This document shows positions 11,656 through 24,406 of a stretch of DNA of 64,000 nucleotides, piece by piece. The stretch is from positions 4,216,001-4,280,000 of the forward strand of contig CM059433.1 of assembly GCA_030390025.1 (NCBI GenBank). The letters are read 5' to 3'. The stretch is from Squalus acanthias (Eukaryota). Position 1 is the first letter of the stretch; every line of letters starts with the position of its first letter. The notes beneath the pieces were generated by a model that was not told the origin of the DNA, did no database searches, and was given only the letters and a program-made list of their open reading frames with translations. The position numbers were made by a program, and so were the translations under genes.

Positions 11656-14364
11656 AACACAACCTGTCGTAATTTGAATATTGTAATGAGGTTCCCATCT
11701 TGATATGGCAGAAGCCTTTGCAGCAGTTTGTCATTTTTTGGGGGGGTCAATAGATGTAGGAACAAAAACCTAAACAACTCACCCCTCTAGGTCTTGTGTT
11801 ACGGATTCTAGTCTCACTATGAGAGCCAGCAAAGTGTTGAGTTTTATTATTTTTTTGTATCTGAGAATGAGCAAGTTAAATGTTTAGTGTTCAAGTTGAA
11901 ATCTGCTGTTTTGACTTTCTGTTCGTGTACAAATTTATTATTAATAAATCTAATTACGAGCTTATAGCCGAGGTTAAATGGTCTGGCAGAGTGTTTATTC
12001 TTCAGCTGTCTGAAGGCGATGAAAAGACGAGAGGATTTGCGTCAATTCCAGTGAGAAATTTACAGTAACAAGGATATTTTGTTCAACTTCTGGGCAACAC
12101 AACACTGCCAGATATTGCGCATGTTGGATCAGATTTCAGTTCACAGACAGTGAGGGTTCATTATAGGGGTGCTCCTTGACATTGAACATGAGAGAAGTGC
12201 CTGGTCAAGACTGCAAATCATGCAGCAATGTTGTGAGCCATGCTGCAAAAAGTAAAAGAAATGGATACAAGACTAGCTATGAAGAATGCACAGAATATTA
12301 GCTCCTAATGCCATAAATCAGAAACGATCACTAGTCAGAGTGGAAGAATAGGCTCTAAATATGCACTATAATCTTACTTAATGACAATTTATGAAATATA
12401 ATTGGAAATTCAACTGATAACGTCCTGGCTATTATGTATGAAATGGAATTAACCATAGCCTTAACATTTTGGGTAAGTGAATGAATATTTTAATGGGTCC
12501 CCTGTGTTGGGCAATAATTTCTCTTGGAATATGAGTAGTCTGTATTTCATAATTTCTTTCCTAAAATTCAATAAAACTGTATGGGCCAGGTTTTGCTGCA
12601 GCAGAGCATTGAATGATGTCTGCCATTAGTTAGACTTGCCCCGGCACCCTTCAGCTCAAAAAGACTTTGCCCACAAAGTTGCGGAAAGTGCGGGCCGATA
12701 GCGGTGCAGAGAGGGAAAGAGGGCATCCGGGAGCTGAGTGAACAGGGTAAGCAACAGGGCATCTCCCTAACCAATGAGATTTAAGGATTGGATAATGAAC
12801 AGCGGACGGACTGAGAAGGAGGGTGAATTCAATGTCAAATCAAGTACAGAAAGGGAAATAAACAGAGGCAAAGAAAAATTGGATTAAGAGAGAGAAAAGA
12901 AAATTAAGAAAGAAACTAAATTTTAAATTTCACATTTTTAAAAGGACGCAACTGTTGACAAAGCAGCTGCCTGGAACGAAGTTCAACATTGACTCCGGAC
13001 CCCATGAAGTCTCATGGGCAAGGAAACCTCCTGCTGATTACCACCTACCGCCCTCCCTCAGCTGATGAATCAGTACTCCTCCATGTTGAACACCACTTGG
13101 AAGAAGCACTGAGAGTAGCAAGGGCACAGAATGTAGTCTGGGTGGGCTCTTCAATGTCCATCAACAAGAATGGCTCAGTAGCACCACTACTGACCGAGCT
13201 GGCCGAGTCCTGAAGGACATAACTGCCAGTCTGGGTCTGCGACAGGTGGTGAGAGAACCAACACGAGGGAAAAACCTACTTGACCTCATCCTCACCAATC
13301 TACCTGTCGCAGATGCATCTGTCCATGACAGTATTGGTAGTCCCGTCTTCACACTGAGGACACCCTCCATCGTGTTGTGTGGCACTACCACCGTGCTAAA
13401 TGGGATAGATTCAGAACAGATCTAGCAGCTCAAAACTGGGCATCCATGAGGCGCTGTAACCTCATGGCCTGGCATATCCCTCACTCTACCATTACCATCA
13501 AGCCAGGGGACCAAACCTGGTTTAGTAAGGAGTGTAGAAGAGCATGCCAGGAGCAGCACCAGGCATTCCTTAACATGAGGTGCCAACCTAGGGAAGCTGC
13601 AGCACAGACTACATGCATGCTTAAGAAGCGGAGCAGCATGCTATAGACAGGGCTAAGCGATCCCACAATCAACGGATCAGATCAAAGCTCTGCAGTCCTG
13701 CCACATCCAGTCGAGAATGGTGGTGGACCATTAAACAACTAACGGGAGGAGGAGGCTCCATGAATATCCCCATTCTCAATGATGGTGGAGCCCAGCACGT
13801 GAGTGCAAAAGACAAGGCTGAAGCGTTTGCAACCATCTTCAGCCAGAAGTGCCGAGTGGATGATCCATATCGGCCTCCTCTTGAGGTCCCCACCACCACA
13901 GAAGCCAGTCTTCAGCCAATTTGATTCACTCCACGTGATATCAAGAAATGGCTGAGCGCACTGGATACAGCAAAGGCTGTGGGCCCTGACAACATCCCGG
14001 CTGTCGTGCTGAAGACTTGTGCTCCAGAACTAGCCGCGCCTCTAGCCAAGCTGTTCCAGTACAGCTATAACACTGGCATCGATCCAACAATGTGGAAAAC
14101 TGCCCAGGTATGTCCTGTCCACAAAAAGCAGGACAAATCCAATCCGGCCAATTACCGCCCCATCTGTCTACTCTCAATCATCAGTAAAGTGATGGAAGGT
14201 GTCATCAACAGTGCTATCAAGCGACATTTACTCACCAATAACCTGCTCACTGATGCCCAGATTGGGTTCTGCCAGGACCACTCGGCTCATTACAGCCTTC
14301 GTCCAAACATGGACACAAAAGCTGAATTCCAGAGGTGAGGTGAGAGTGACTGCCCTTGACATCA

Positions 14365-16159
14365 TAGATACATAGATACATAGAAGATAGGAGCAGGAGT
14401 AGGCCATCCGGCCCTTCGAGCCTGCTCCGCCATTTAATGAGATCATGGCTGATCCTTCAATTCAGTATCCCGTCCCCGCCTTCTCTCCGTAACCCTTAAC
14501 CCCTTTTGCCTGTAGAAATATATCTAATTCCCTCTTAAATATATTTAATGAGCTGGCGTACACTGCCCTCTGTGGCAATGAGTTCCACAGGTTCACCACT
14601 CTCTGAGTGAAGAAATTCCCCCTCATTTCTGTCCTAAATGGTTTAGCCCTTATCCTTAAATTATGTCCTCTAGTTCTGTTCTCACCCGCCAAGGGAAACA
14701 TTCCTTCTGCATCTAATCTGTCTAGACCTGTCAGAATTTTATACACTTCTATGAGGTCCCCTCTCAATCTTCTAAACTCCAGTGTGTACATCCCTAAACT
14801 ACATAGTCTCTCCTCATAGGTCAATCCCGCCATTCCTGGTATCAGCCTGGTGAATCGCCGCTGCACCCCCTCCATGGCAAGAACATCTTTCCTCAGATGA
14901 GGCGACCAAAACTGTACACAGTACTCGAGGTGTGGTCTCACCAGTGCCCTGTACAGCTGCAGCAAGGTATCCCTGTTCCTGTATTCCAACCCTTTTGCTA
15001 TGAAGGCCAGCATACCGTTTGCCTTCTTGACCGCCTGTTGCACCTGCATGCTCGCCTTCAGTGACTGGTGTACAAGAACACCCAGGTCTCTCTGTACTTC
15101 CCCCTCTCCCAATTTATTGCCATTTAAATAATAATTTGCCCTCCCGTTCCTGCACCCAAGGTGGATAACTTCGCACTTGTCCACATTATAGTGCATCTGC
15201 CATTTATCCGCCCAATCACCCAGTCTGTCCAAATCGCTCTGGAGCTTCCTGGTCTCCTCCTCTGAGCCCACCCCCCCTCCCAGTTTAGTGTCGTCTGCAA
15301 ATTTGGAAATGCTGCATTCGACTCCCTGATCCAGGTCATTAATATAAATTGTGAACAGCTGGGGACCCAGGACAGATCCCTGTGGTACCCCACTTGTCAC
15401 TGCCTGCCATTCAGAAAATGAGCCGTTTATTCCAACTCTCTGTTTTCTATCTGACAGCCAGTTCTCTATCCACGTCAATACTTTCCCCTTTATCCCATGA
15501 GCTTCAATTTTCCATGCTAATCTTTTATGTGGGACCTTATCGAAGGCCTTTTGGAAGTCCAGGTACACCACATCCACTGGCTCTCCCCCATCCATTCTAC
15601 CAGTTACTCCCTCAAAAAATTCCAATAGATTAGTCAAGCACGATTTACCCTTTGTAAATCCATGTTGACTCTGTCCTATCCTGTCCCCATTTGCTAAGTG
15701 CTCGGCTATTTCATCCTTAATGATGGACTCCAGCATTTTGCCCACAACTGATGTAAGGCTTACAGGTCTGTAATTACCTGCTTTTTCCCTACCCCCCTTT
15801 TTGAATAGTGGGGTAACGTTAGCTACCCTCCAATCCATGGGCACTGTTCCCGAGTCTAATGAATTCTGAAAAATCATGCTTAGTGCATCCGCTATCTCTA
15901 GGGCCACCTCCTTCAGTACCCTAGGATGCATGTTATCAGGCCCTGGGGATTTGTCCGCCTTCAATCCCTTTAGCTTCCTTAACACCATATCCTTAGAGAT
16001 ATTGATTTGCGTCAGTTCCTCCTTTGCCAATGTCCCTATTTTTCCCGATATCCCAGGGAGGTTTTTTGTGTCTTCCTTCGTAAGGACTGACCCAAAGTAT
16101 GCATTTAGTTGGTCTGCCATTTCCTTATTTCCCATTATATATTCCCCCGTATCTGACTG
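14365..16159 (-). mobile_element. 5'-truncated CR1 LINE with an open RT frame
   Basis: TSD CATCA at 14360-14364 and 16160-16164; octamer tail at the left end; ORF 14462-16165. Confidence 0.95.
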
Positions 16160-16165
16160 CATCAA
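14462..16165 (-). CDS. CR1 ORF2 reverse transcriptase (partial, 567 aa open frame)
   Basis: Motifs NYRPVSLTS, QHGF, YLDFQKAFDKV, GVPQGSVLGP, KFADD. Confidence 0.9.
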   Translation of the reverse strand: MMQSDTGEYIMGNKEMADQLNAYFGSVLTKEDTKNLPGISGKIGTLAKEELTQINISKDMVLRKLKGLKADKSPGPDNMHPRVLKEVALEIADALSMIFQNSLDSGTVPMDWRVANVTPLFKKGGREKAGNYRPVSLTSVVGKMLESIIKDEIAEHLANGDRIGQSQHGFTKGKSCLTNLLEFFEGVTGRMDGGEPVDVVYLDFQKAFDKVPHKRLAWKIEAHGIKGKVLTWIENWLSDRKQRVGINGSFSEWQAVTSGVPQGSVLGPQLFTIYINDLDQGVECSISKFADDTKLGGGVGSEEETRKLQSDLDRLGDWADKWQMHYNVDKCEVIHLGCRNGRANYYLNGNKLGEGEVQRDLGVLVHQSLKASMQVQQAVKKANGMLAFIAKGLEYRNRDTLLQLYRALVRPHLEYCVQFWSPHLRKDVLAMEGVQRRFTRLIPGMAGLTYEERLCSLGMYTLEFRRLRGDLIEVYKILTGLDRLDAEGMFPLAGENRTRGHNLRIRAKPFRTEMRGNFFTQRVVNLWNSLPQRAVYASSLNIFKRELDIFLQAKGVKGYGEKAGTGY

Positions 16166-16282
16166 GGCAGCATTTGACCAAGTCTGGCATCAAGGAGCCC
16201 GAGTAAAACTGAAGTCAATGGGAATCGGGGGGGAAAACTCTCCACTGGCTGGAGTCATACCTAGCATAAAGAAAAATGGTTG

Positions 16283-17160
16283 CGACCACGACACCACACA
16301 ACCCTACCACGGCAACCTCTGCAAAACATGCCAGATCATCAACACAGATACCATCATCACACGTGAGGACACTACCCACCAGGTACATGGTACATACTCA
16401 TGTGACTCGGCCAATGTTGTCTACCTCAAACGTTGCAGGAAAGGATGCCCCGGAGCATGGTACATCGGCGAGACCATGCAGACACTGCGACAACGTATTA
16501 ACAGACACCGCGCAACAATCACCAGGCAGGAGTGTTCCCTCCCAGTCGGGGAACACTTCAGCAGTCAAGGACATTCAGCCTCCGATCTTCGGGTAAGCGT
16601 TCTCCAAGGCGGCCTTCAAGACACACGACAACGCAAAATCGTCGAGCAGAAACTGATAGCCAAGTTCCGCACCCATGAGGACGGCTTCAACCGGGATCTT
16701 GGGTTCATGTCACGCTACATCCTCCACCTGACGTAGAGTCATCCAGACTCGAGTCGTCGTTGGCTTGTTCTCTCTACACAGATGCGGCCGGACCTGCTGT
16801 GATTTCCAGCAAAAAAAGTTTTTTGTTTTCCATACAGACCCCAGCATCTGCCACATTTGACCCCTTGTGACCCCACCTCATTGTCTTTGATGTAATGTTT
16901 TCCTGACTGACCTGTTTAGACACCATCCACACCTTTGATTGCTGTGATTATCTCTCTGCCGAGGTGTGATAAAGGGCAGTTAGAAAGATTAACTCTAATC
17001 ATCTGGCAGTGTTCTCTGACTATATATGCTGTGCCCATATGCATCTCTTCACTTCACCTGACGAAGGAGCAGCGCTCCGAAAGCTTGTGATTTCAAATAA
17101 AGCTGTTGGACTATAACCTGGTGTTGTGCGACTTCTCACATTTGTCCACCCCAGTCCAAC
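16283..17160 (+). mobile_element. Penelope-like element 3' part (GIY-YIG endonuclease + 3' repeat)
   Basis: CKTC...NVVYLKRCRKGCPGAWYIGETMQTLRQRINRH...GFNRD; hammerhead motif downstream. Confidence 0.9.
17054..17090 (+). ncRNA. Minimal type I hammerhead ribozyme motif (Penelope family A)
   Basis: TCAC CTGACGA A GGAGC agc GCTCC GAAA GC TT GTGA: CUGANGA and GAAA cores, stem I, stem II, palindrome AAGCTT in place of stem III. Confidence 0.85.
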
Positions 17161-18060
17161 TTGTATTTATATAGCGCCTTTAACATAGTAAAACGTCCCA
17201 AGGCGCTGCACAGGAGTATTAAAAGACAAAAAATTTGACACCGAGCCACATAAGGATAAATTAGGGCAGGTGACCAAAAGCTTGGTCAAAGAGGTAGGTT
17301 TTAAGGAGCGTCTTAAAGGAGGAAAGAGAGGTAGCGAGGCAGAGAGGTTTAGGCAGGGAATTCCAGAGTTTAGGGCCTAGGCAGCTGAAGGCACAGCCAC
17401 CAAAGGTTGAGTGATTATAATCAGGGATCCTCAAGAGGGCAGAATTAGAGGAGCGCAGATATCTCAGGGGGTTGTGGGGCTGGAGGAGATTACAGAGATA
17501 GGGAGGGGCGAGGCCATGGAGGGATTTGAAAACAAGGATGAGAATTTTGAAATCGAGGCGCTGCTTAACCGGGAGCCAATGTAGGTCAATGAGCACAGGG
17601 GGTGATGGGTGAATGGGACTTGGTGCGAGTTAGGACACAGGCAGCCGAGTTTTGGATGACCTCAAGTTTACGTAAGGTAGAATGTGAGAGGCCAGCCAGG
17701 AGTACGTTGGAATAGTCAAGTCTAGAGGTAACAAAGGCATGGATGAGGGTTTCAGCAGCGGATGAGCTGAGGCAAGGGCGGAGACGGGCGATGTTACGGA
17801 GGTGGAAATAGGCGGTCTTAGTTGTGCTGCAAATATGACACCAAGGTTGCGAACAGTGTGGTTCAGCCTCAGACAGATGTTAGGGAGAGAGATGTCAATG
17901 GCTAGGGAACGGAGTTTGTGGCGGGGACCGAAAACAATGGCTTCAGTCTTCCCAATATTTAATTGGAGAAAATTTCTGCTCATCCAGAACTGGATGTCAG
18001 ACAAGCGGTCTGACAATTTAAAGACCGTGGAGGGGTCGAGAGAAGTGGTGGTGAGGTAGT
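17158..18060 (-). mobile_element. L2 LINE 3' fragment
   Basis: WMSRNFLQLNIGKTE; LHWLPVKQRLDFKIL...LWNSLP...FKTLLKTYLF; L2-type tail. Confidence 0.9.
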
Positions 18061-18334
18061 GAGATAGATTGATGAAATAAAATAGAAGCACAGCAGTGAA
18101 AAGGATTGAGGATGCATTGGGGTTAAAAGTTGTCTAGAGCGATAGTGCAAGCCAAGTGAACAAGTGATCGTGACTCGATCGCCCGTGTTACACGCCGCCC
18201 GATTTCAATGGGAAAGAAAATCCGGTGGAGGATAGATCAGGCTGCTGATTCGCTCTCACCCGCTCTGCCCAAGACACATTTCAGCTCCCATTACAGATAT
18301 TTTTAGAATTTAAGTAGAAAATATTCTTGGATCA

Positions 18335-18705
18335 CAACAGGACTAGACAGACTAGATGCAGGAAGGAAGTTCCCGATGGCGGGGGAGTCCAGAACCAGAG
18401 GTCACAGTCTAAGGATAAGGGGTAAGCCATTTAGGACAGAAATGAGGAAGAATTTCTTCACCCAGAGAGTGGTGAACCTGTGGAATTCTCTACCACAGAA
18501 GGCAGTTGAGGCCAATTCATTAAATATATTCAACAAGGAGTTAGATATATTTCTTAAGGCTAAAGGGATCAAGGGATATGGGGAGAAAGCAGGGACAGGG
18601 TACTGAATTTGGAGGATCAGCCATGATCTCATTAAATGGCGGAACAGGCTCGAGGGGCCGAATGGCCTACTCCTGCTCCTATCTTCCATGTTTCTATGTT
18701 TCTAC
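18335..18705 (+). mobile_element. CR1 3' fragment
   Basis: Nearly identical to 1905-2266. Confidence 0.95.
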
Positions 18706-19344
18706 ATGATGAATAATATTCAGTAAATCAAAGAGTGTTTGCCATTATATACAGATGGACACATTTAAAACTCATTTCATATCCTGGAATAATCTCAGTA
18801 TTGGTTAGTTACACTACATGTTAGTTGATTTCTGTTGTGTCGCAGATGTTAATGTACAATTTTATTCCCTTATCTTATTCACTTCAAAAGAATGGATTAA
18901 ATTGTGGTAATTAGTATATACACTGACTGCATTATTTCCAGTGACTGCCGGTTATTCTTCAGTGTGGATGTCATCTTGAATCAATAATAAGGAATGCAAT
19001 GGACGTCAGTGTTCTTTGATCATTTGATGGCAGGTGTTAGAAAGTGGAATTAAACTGCCCACAAACTCCACAGTATTTAGTAATTTAAAAATAACAGGTA
19101 TTTTGGAGTGAGTTCAAGGGTTGTTTCCAAATAAAATATCATTTGTGAAAAGAAGATTCTGTGAGTAAATATCCACTCAGGAGTCACCATAAAATTCCCC
19201 GCTCTTTCTTGGAAGCAACTACAAAGTGTAGCAAGCCCCCGGACAGCTAAACGTAACGGTCCCCAATAAAAATTAATTGGCTTAATTTACACCAGCTCAA
19301 AATACCTCTTCGAATTTTCTACTCATGCTCATCGCCAACCACAC

Positions 19345-19520
19345 AATGATGTACATTAAGGGGAAGCTGGATAAGTACATACGGGAGAAAGGAATTGACG
19401 GTTATGCTGGTGGAGTTAGATGAAGTAGAGTCGGAGGAGGCTGGTGTGGAGCATAAACACCGGCATGGGCCAGTTGGGCCGAATGGCCTGTTTCTGTCCT
19501 GCACATTCTATGTCATTCTA
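19345..19520 (+). mobile_element. Older CR1-type 3' end
   Basis: GGGCCGAATGGCCTG...ATTCTATG 3' terminus. Confidence 0.65.
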
Positions 19521-20218
19521 GGTGCTACATGAATGAACAGGTCTATCAAGCCTAGTTCGATTCGATTCATTTTTCTTTAATGTTTTGGAATTCTGATCTT
19601 TACTGATAGGGAATGGAATACTGAGCTGGTGCCAGGTGAGACAATTCATTTTTCTTCAGAAACAGCGGCGCTGTGCAGCGACGGGCAGTGTCAAACCAAA
19701 TGTTGGCCTTCATCATAGCACATGTTTGTAGCTGGAAGTGACGGCAATTTCAAAGTATGGCATTTATTTTCTATTTTCTTTTCTCATTGGTGGTTGTGGG
19801 TATGTCTGATATTTGCGTGATATTTCACACAAGAACATCAATATTCTAACTAGGCATAAATCTGACCGGAAGTGGGGAGGTGTGAGAATAGTACCCTGTC
19901 TCACCCATAATGCAAAGACTCACGTGGATTTCAGGATCAGGGCCATTTGAAAAATGTGAGCAAGCCGACAGCGTGCAAAGTGACAGTGATTGGAAGCTCA
20001 CCCATGGGTGGGTGGTAAATCACTTACTCCAGCAGCAGCTTAAAGTGCCAGAGAGCACCTCATTCCTTATTGAAATTTTCCTGGAGAAAGTGAGGACCTT
20101 TTTAGCACTGGGGCTGCCAAAAAGGGCAGCCCATGGAGAATAGTCAGAGACCGCCAGGGTGAATGTCATTAGAAACAAAGGCCGCCCGCAGAGATTCAGC
20201 CCATTCAACTAATATCTG

Positions 20219-20429
20219 TGAGAAATTGCACAACACCAGGTTATAGTCCAGCAGCTTTATTTGAAATCACAAGCTTTCGGAGCGCTGTTCCTTCGTCTTC
20301 ACTTCACCTGCCGAAGGAGCAGCGCTCCGAAAGCTTGTGATTTCAAATAAAGCTGTTGGACTATAACCTGGTGTTGTGCAATTTCTCACATTTGTCCACC
20401 CCAGTCCAACACCGGCATCTCCACATCAT
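20219..20429 (+). mobile_element. Short Penelope-derived insertion with inverted 5' arm
   Basis: ~80-bp inverted repeat (~20217-20297 vs ~20310-20391); hammerhead-like motif 20304-20340; TSD AACTAATATCTG at 20207-20218 and 20430-20441. Confidence 0.9.
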
Positions 20430-20568
20430 AACTAATATCTGGTTGCACTAAAGTTCTTGGCCTTGAATTCCAAGCCAATGTAGGAGAACACACCATTACC
20501 TTCCATTATCACAGTGTACTAAGGATACTTAACACCTTCTTCTAAAATACTTTCAAACATTCGCATGA

Positions 20569-22200
20569 ATGGCCATTACACAACAGGGAGACACAAATAA
20601 ACTCCCAGAGATGTCGGGGAACATAGGGTCTAATGAGAGGGAGGAACTGAATGAAATCAGTATTGGTAGGGAAATGGTGTTAGGGAAATTGACGGGATTG
20701 AAGGCCGATAAATCCCCAGGGCCTGATAATCTACATCCTAGGGTACTTAAGGAAGTGGCCCTAGAAATAGTAGATGCATTGCTGGTCATCTTCCAAAATT
20801 CTATAAACTCTGGAACAGTTCCCATGGATTGGAGGGTAGCTAATATAACTCCACTATTTAAAAAAGGTGGTAGAGAGAAAACGGGGAATTATAGACCGGT
20901 AAGCCTGACATCGGTAGTGGGGAAAATGCTAGAGTCCATTATAAAAGATGTAATAGCAGAGCACTTGGAAAACAGTGACAGGATCGGACAAAGTCAACAT
21001 GGATTTACAAAAGGTAAATCATGCTTGACTAATCTACTGGAATTTTTTGAGGATGTAACTGGTAGAATAGATAAGGGAGAACCAGTGGATGTGGTGTATT
21101 TGGACTTTCAGAAGGCTTTCGATAAGGTCCCGCATAAGAGATTAGCGTGCAAAGTTAAAGCACATGGGATTGGGGGTAAGGTACTGAATTGGATAGAAAA
21201 CTGGTTGGCAGACAGGAAGCAAAGAGTTGGAATAAACGGGTCTTTTTCCGAGTGGCAGGCAGTGACTAGTGGGGTACCGCAGGGATCGGTGCTAGGACCC
21301 CAGTTATTCACAATATATATTAATGATCTAGACGAGGGAACTAGATGTAATATCTCCAAGTTTGCAGACGACACAAAGCTGGGTGGGCATGTGTGCTGTG
21401 AGGAGGATGCAGAGAAACTCCAGTATGATTTGGACAGGTTGGGTGATTGGGCAGATGCATGGCAGATGCAGTATAATGTGAATAAATGCGAGGTTATCCA
21501 CTTTGGTGGCAAAAACAGGAAGGCAGATTATTATCTGAACGGCAATAGATTGGGAAAAGGGGAAGTGCAACGAGACCTGGGTGTCCTTGTGCACCAGTCG
21601 CTGAAGGCAAGCATGCAGGTGCAGCAGGCGGTTAAGAAGGCAAATGGTATGTTGGCCTTCATAGCGAGAGGATTCGAGTACAGGAGCAAGGATGTCTTGC
21701 TGCAGTTGTACAAGGCCTTGGTGAGACCACACCTTGAGTATTATGTGCAGTTTTGGTCGCCTTATCTGAGGAAGGATGTTCTTGCCATGGAGGGAGTGCA
21801 GCGAAGATTCACCAGACTGATACCTGGGATGGCAGGAATAACGTATGAAGAGAGATTGGGTCGATTGGGCTTGTATTTGCTAGAGTTTAGAAGAATGAGA
21901 GGGGATCTCATTGAAACTTATAAAATTCTAACAGGACTAGACAGACTAGATGCAGGAAGGATGTTCCCGATGGCGGGGGAGTCCAGAACCAGGGGTCACA
22001 GTCTAAGGATAAGGGGTAAGCCATTTAGGACTGAGATGAGGAGGAATTTCTTCACCCAGAGAGTGGTTAACCTGTGGAATTCTCTACCACACAAGACAAT
22101 TGAGGCCAATTCATTAAATATATTCAACAAGGAGTTAGATATATTTCTTAAGGCTAAAGGGATCAAGGGATATGGGGAGAAGGCAGGGACAGGGTACTGA
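20569..22200 (+). CDS. CR1 ORF2 reverse transcriptase (partial, 543 aa open frame; first codons come from flank)
   Basis: YLDFQKAFDKV, GVPQGSVLGP, KFADD motifs. Confidence 0.9.
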   Translation: MAITQQGDTNKLPEMSGNIGSNEREELNEISIGREMVLGKLTGLKADKSPGPDNLHPRVLKEVALEIVDALLVIFQNSINSGTVPMDWRVANITPLFKKGGREKTGNYRPVSLTSVVGKMLESIIKDVIAEHLENSDRIGQSQHGFTKGKSCLTNLLEFFEDVTGRIDKGEPVDVVYLDFQKAFDKVPHKRLACKVKAHGIGGKVLNWIENWLADRKQRVGINGSFSEWQAVTSGVPQGSVLGPQLFTIYINDLDEGTRCNISKFADDTKLGGHVCCEEDAEKLQYDLDRLGDWADAWQMQYNVNKCEVIHFGGKNRKADYYLNGNRLGKGEVQRDLGVLVHQSLKASMQVQQAVKKANGMLAFIARGFEYRSKDVLLQLYKALVRPHLEYYVQFWSPYLRKDVLAMEGVQRRFTRLIPGMAGITYEERLGRLGLYLLEFRRMRGDLIETYKILTGLDRLDAGRMFPMAGESRTRGHSLRIRGKPFRTEMRRNFFTQRVVNLWNSLPHKTIEANSLNIFNKELDIFLKAKGIKGYGEKAGTGY

Positions 22201-22300
22201 ATTTGGATGATCAGCCATGATCGCATTGAATGGCGGAGCAGGCTCGAGGGGCCGAATGGCCTACTCCTGCTCCTATCTTCTATGTTTCTATGTTTCTATG
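20587..22300 (+). mobile_element. 5'-truncated young CR1 LINE
   Basis: Open RT frame, 3'UTR and (TTCTATGT)n tail. Confidence 0.95.
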
Positions 22301-22711
22301 TAAATAGTTGAGGCCCCAGCATTAATATCTGAGTGTATGGAAATCATCTTCAGAGCAACCAAATTTAATTAAAACTGAAATTTGTGTTTTCTGCACTGGA
22401 ATTGTTTCCTAATGATAAAGTTTGAATCACCAAAAAAAAACTGTTTTAGCAAAGGACCAAAAAACAAATCCCCATTAATTAGATGCAATTGCGTGCCAAT
22501 ATGGTTCAATTTTGAAACTACAATCTGATTAATTACATTATAAAAGATAAACTGGTGATATGTGCCGTCGTATTAGTAAAGAAAGTTTGTTTGTTCTGTC
22601 AACAACATTGGTCACTTGCAGTCAGGCCACATCCAGCACTGTCAGAGAGGAATGAGGAAACGTACAATATTTACATTTGGAGGTGTGCGAACATAGGATT
22701 AACAGTGAAAT

Positions 22712-22822
22712 CTTCTTCTTCTTAGGCAGTCCCTCGGAACCGAGGATGACTTGCTTCCACACTAAAAATGAGTTCGCAGGTGACTGATGAGTCCAATGCG
22801 GGACCCACAGTCTCTGTCACAG
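22712..22822 (-). mobile_element. RTE LINE 3' tip
   Basis: (CTT)n tail and reverse-complement match to ~62572-62680. Confidence 0.85.
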
Positions 22823-23574
22823 TAAAATATTATTCCGAATGTGAACAGGGTTTATGTATTATGAGAAAAGTCATAGCTCCACCCCCTAAAAACACGAAGA
22901 AGTGATTCATTAAATATATCTGTCTCTTATCTGCGATGAAAGGTCACTTTTCATCCATTGGTTGCTGTGCACACTGTGCGCAAATATTAGAAAAATGGTT
23001 GCCAGATGTAGGTATTATTTGCATGAATGCCTTTGATAAGTACATATTTTCCATTGTTGAGCTTAAAAGCAAAAGGTTCACTGTGATTATCAATCTGATA
23101 ACACGTTCCAGTCCTGGCTACTCACAACTGAGTTCTGCAACCGATTAGATTGGGATGACTTTAGCACTATGCAATCACGGTATGTTAGCAAGGCAACATG
23201 GTTTTGTCTAAATACATTATAAATATTTTTCTTCATCCACCGAATGGGAATAGTTCAGTGATATGAGGATTCTGTTTATGCCGATGTAAAGTTGGCCTGT
23301 TGCACGGTGATATAAGTCCAGCAGCAGAGCCTCAAACCAACCAATAATTTTGCCAAATAAACCCACCTACAATTGTTCTATACACAGTTGCGGGAATATA
23401 AATGACAGATACGTTATCAGACGAGTGCCTTCAGAACATCGCTGAACTGAATCTAATCACCTGGGTAGAATAACAAATTAAGTAAATGTGGCTGTTCAGA
23501 AAAAACAATGCTTGGTGAAAGGACATTCTTTATTTTACTGGAATGGTGCAACACTTTCGCTTTTATTTAATCCT

Positions 23575-24357
23575 TAAACAGGAAGGCAGATTATTATCTG
23601 AATGGCAATAGATTGGGAGAAGGGGAAGTGCCACGAGACCTGGGTGTCCTTGTGCACCAGTCGCTGAAGGTAAGCATGCAGGTGCAGCAGGCGGTGAAGA
23701 AGGCAAATGGTATGTTGGCCTTCATAGCGAAAGGATTCGAGTACAGGAGCAAGGATGTCTTGCTGCAGTTGTACAGGGCCTTGGTGAGACCACACCTTGA
23801 GTACTGTGTGCAGTTTTGGTCGCCTTATCTGAGGAAGGATGTTCTTGCCATGGAAAGAGTTCAGCGAAGATTCACCAGGCTGATACCTGGGATGGCAGGA
23901 ATGACGTATGAAGAGAGATTGGGTCGATTGGGCTTATACTCGCTGGAGTTTAGAAGAATGAGAGGGGATCTCATTGAAACTTATAAAATTCTGACAGGAC
24001 AGGACAAACTAGATGCAGGAAGGATGTTCCCGATAGCCGGGGAGTCCAGAATCAGGGGTCACAGTCTAAGGAAAAGGGGTAAGCCATTTAGGACAGAAAT
24101 GAGGAGGAATTTCTTCACCCAGAGGGTGGTGAACCTGTGGAATTCTCTGCCACAGAAGGCAGTAGAGGCCAATTCATTAAATATATTCAAGAAGGAGTTG
24201 GATATATTTCTTAAGGCTAAAGGGATCAAGGGATATGGAGAGAAGGCAGGGACAGGGTACTGAATTTGGATGATCAGCCATGATCGCATTGAATGGCGGA
24301 GCAGGCTTGAGGGGCTGAATGGCCTACTCCTGCTCCTATCTTCTATGATTCTATGAT
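23575..24357 (+). mobile_element. 5'-truncated CR1 LINE
   Basis: ORF 23613-24263 near-identical to the C-terminus of 20569-22200; (TTCTATGA)n tail. Confidence 0.95.
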
Positions 24358-24406
24358 TATCCTGCTGAGTAAATAGGAACTCGGTATTCTTATTATAGCA
24401 TTTATT

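Larger units (their letters stand above)
12985..16282 (+). mobile_element. Decayed APE-RT non-LTR retrotransposon (CR1/L2-group, clade uncertain), split by the CR1 at 14365-16159
   Basis: TTYRPPS; PTRGKNLLDLIL; GPDNIPAVVLKTCAPELA...NPANYRPICLLS; RT motif ALDI|KAAFD split by the insertion. Confidence 0.85.

Noticed and set aside
12583..12945. Further MITE-like fragments (also ~18120-18290 and ~28424-28560)
   Set aside because: GGG-starting ends resemble Harbinger MITEs, but paired TIRs and TSDs could not be established
15876..16736. 286-aa ORF as a novel nuclease fusion
   Set aside because: Chimera of antisense CR1, a LINE RT piece and a Penelope GIY-YIG created by adjacent insertions
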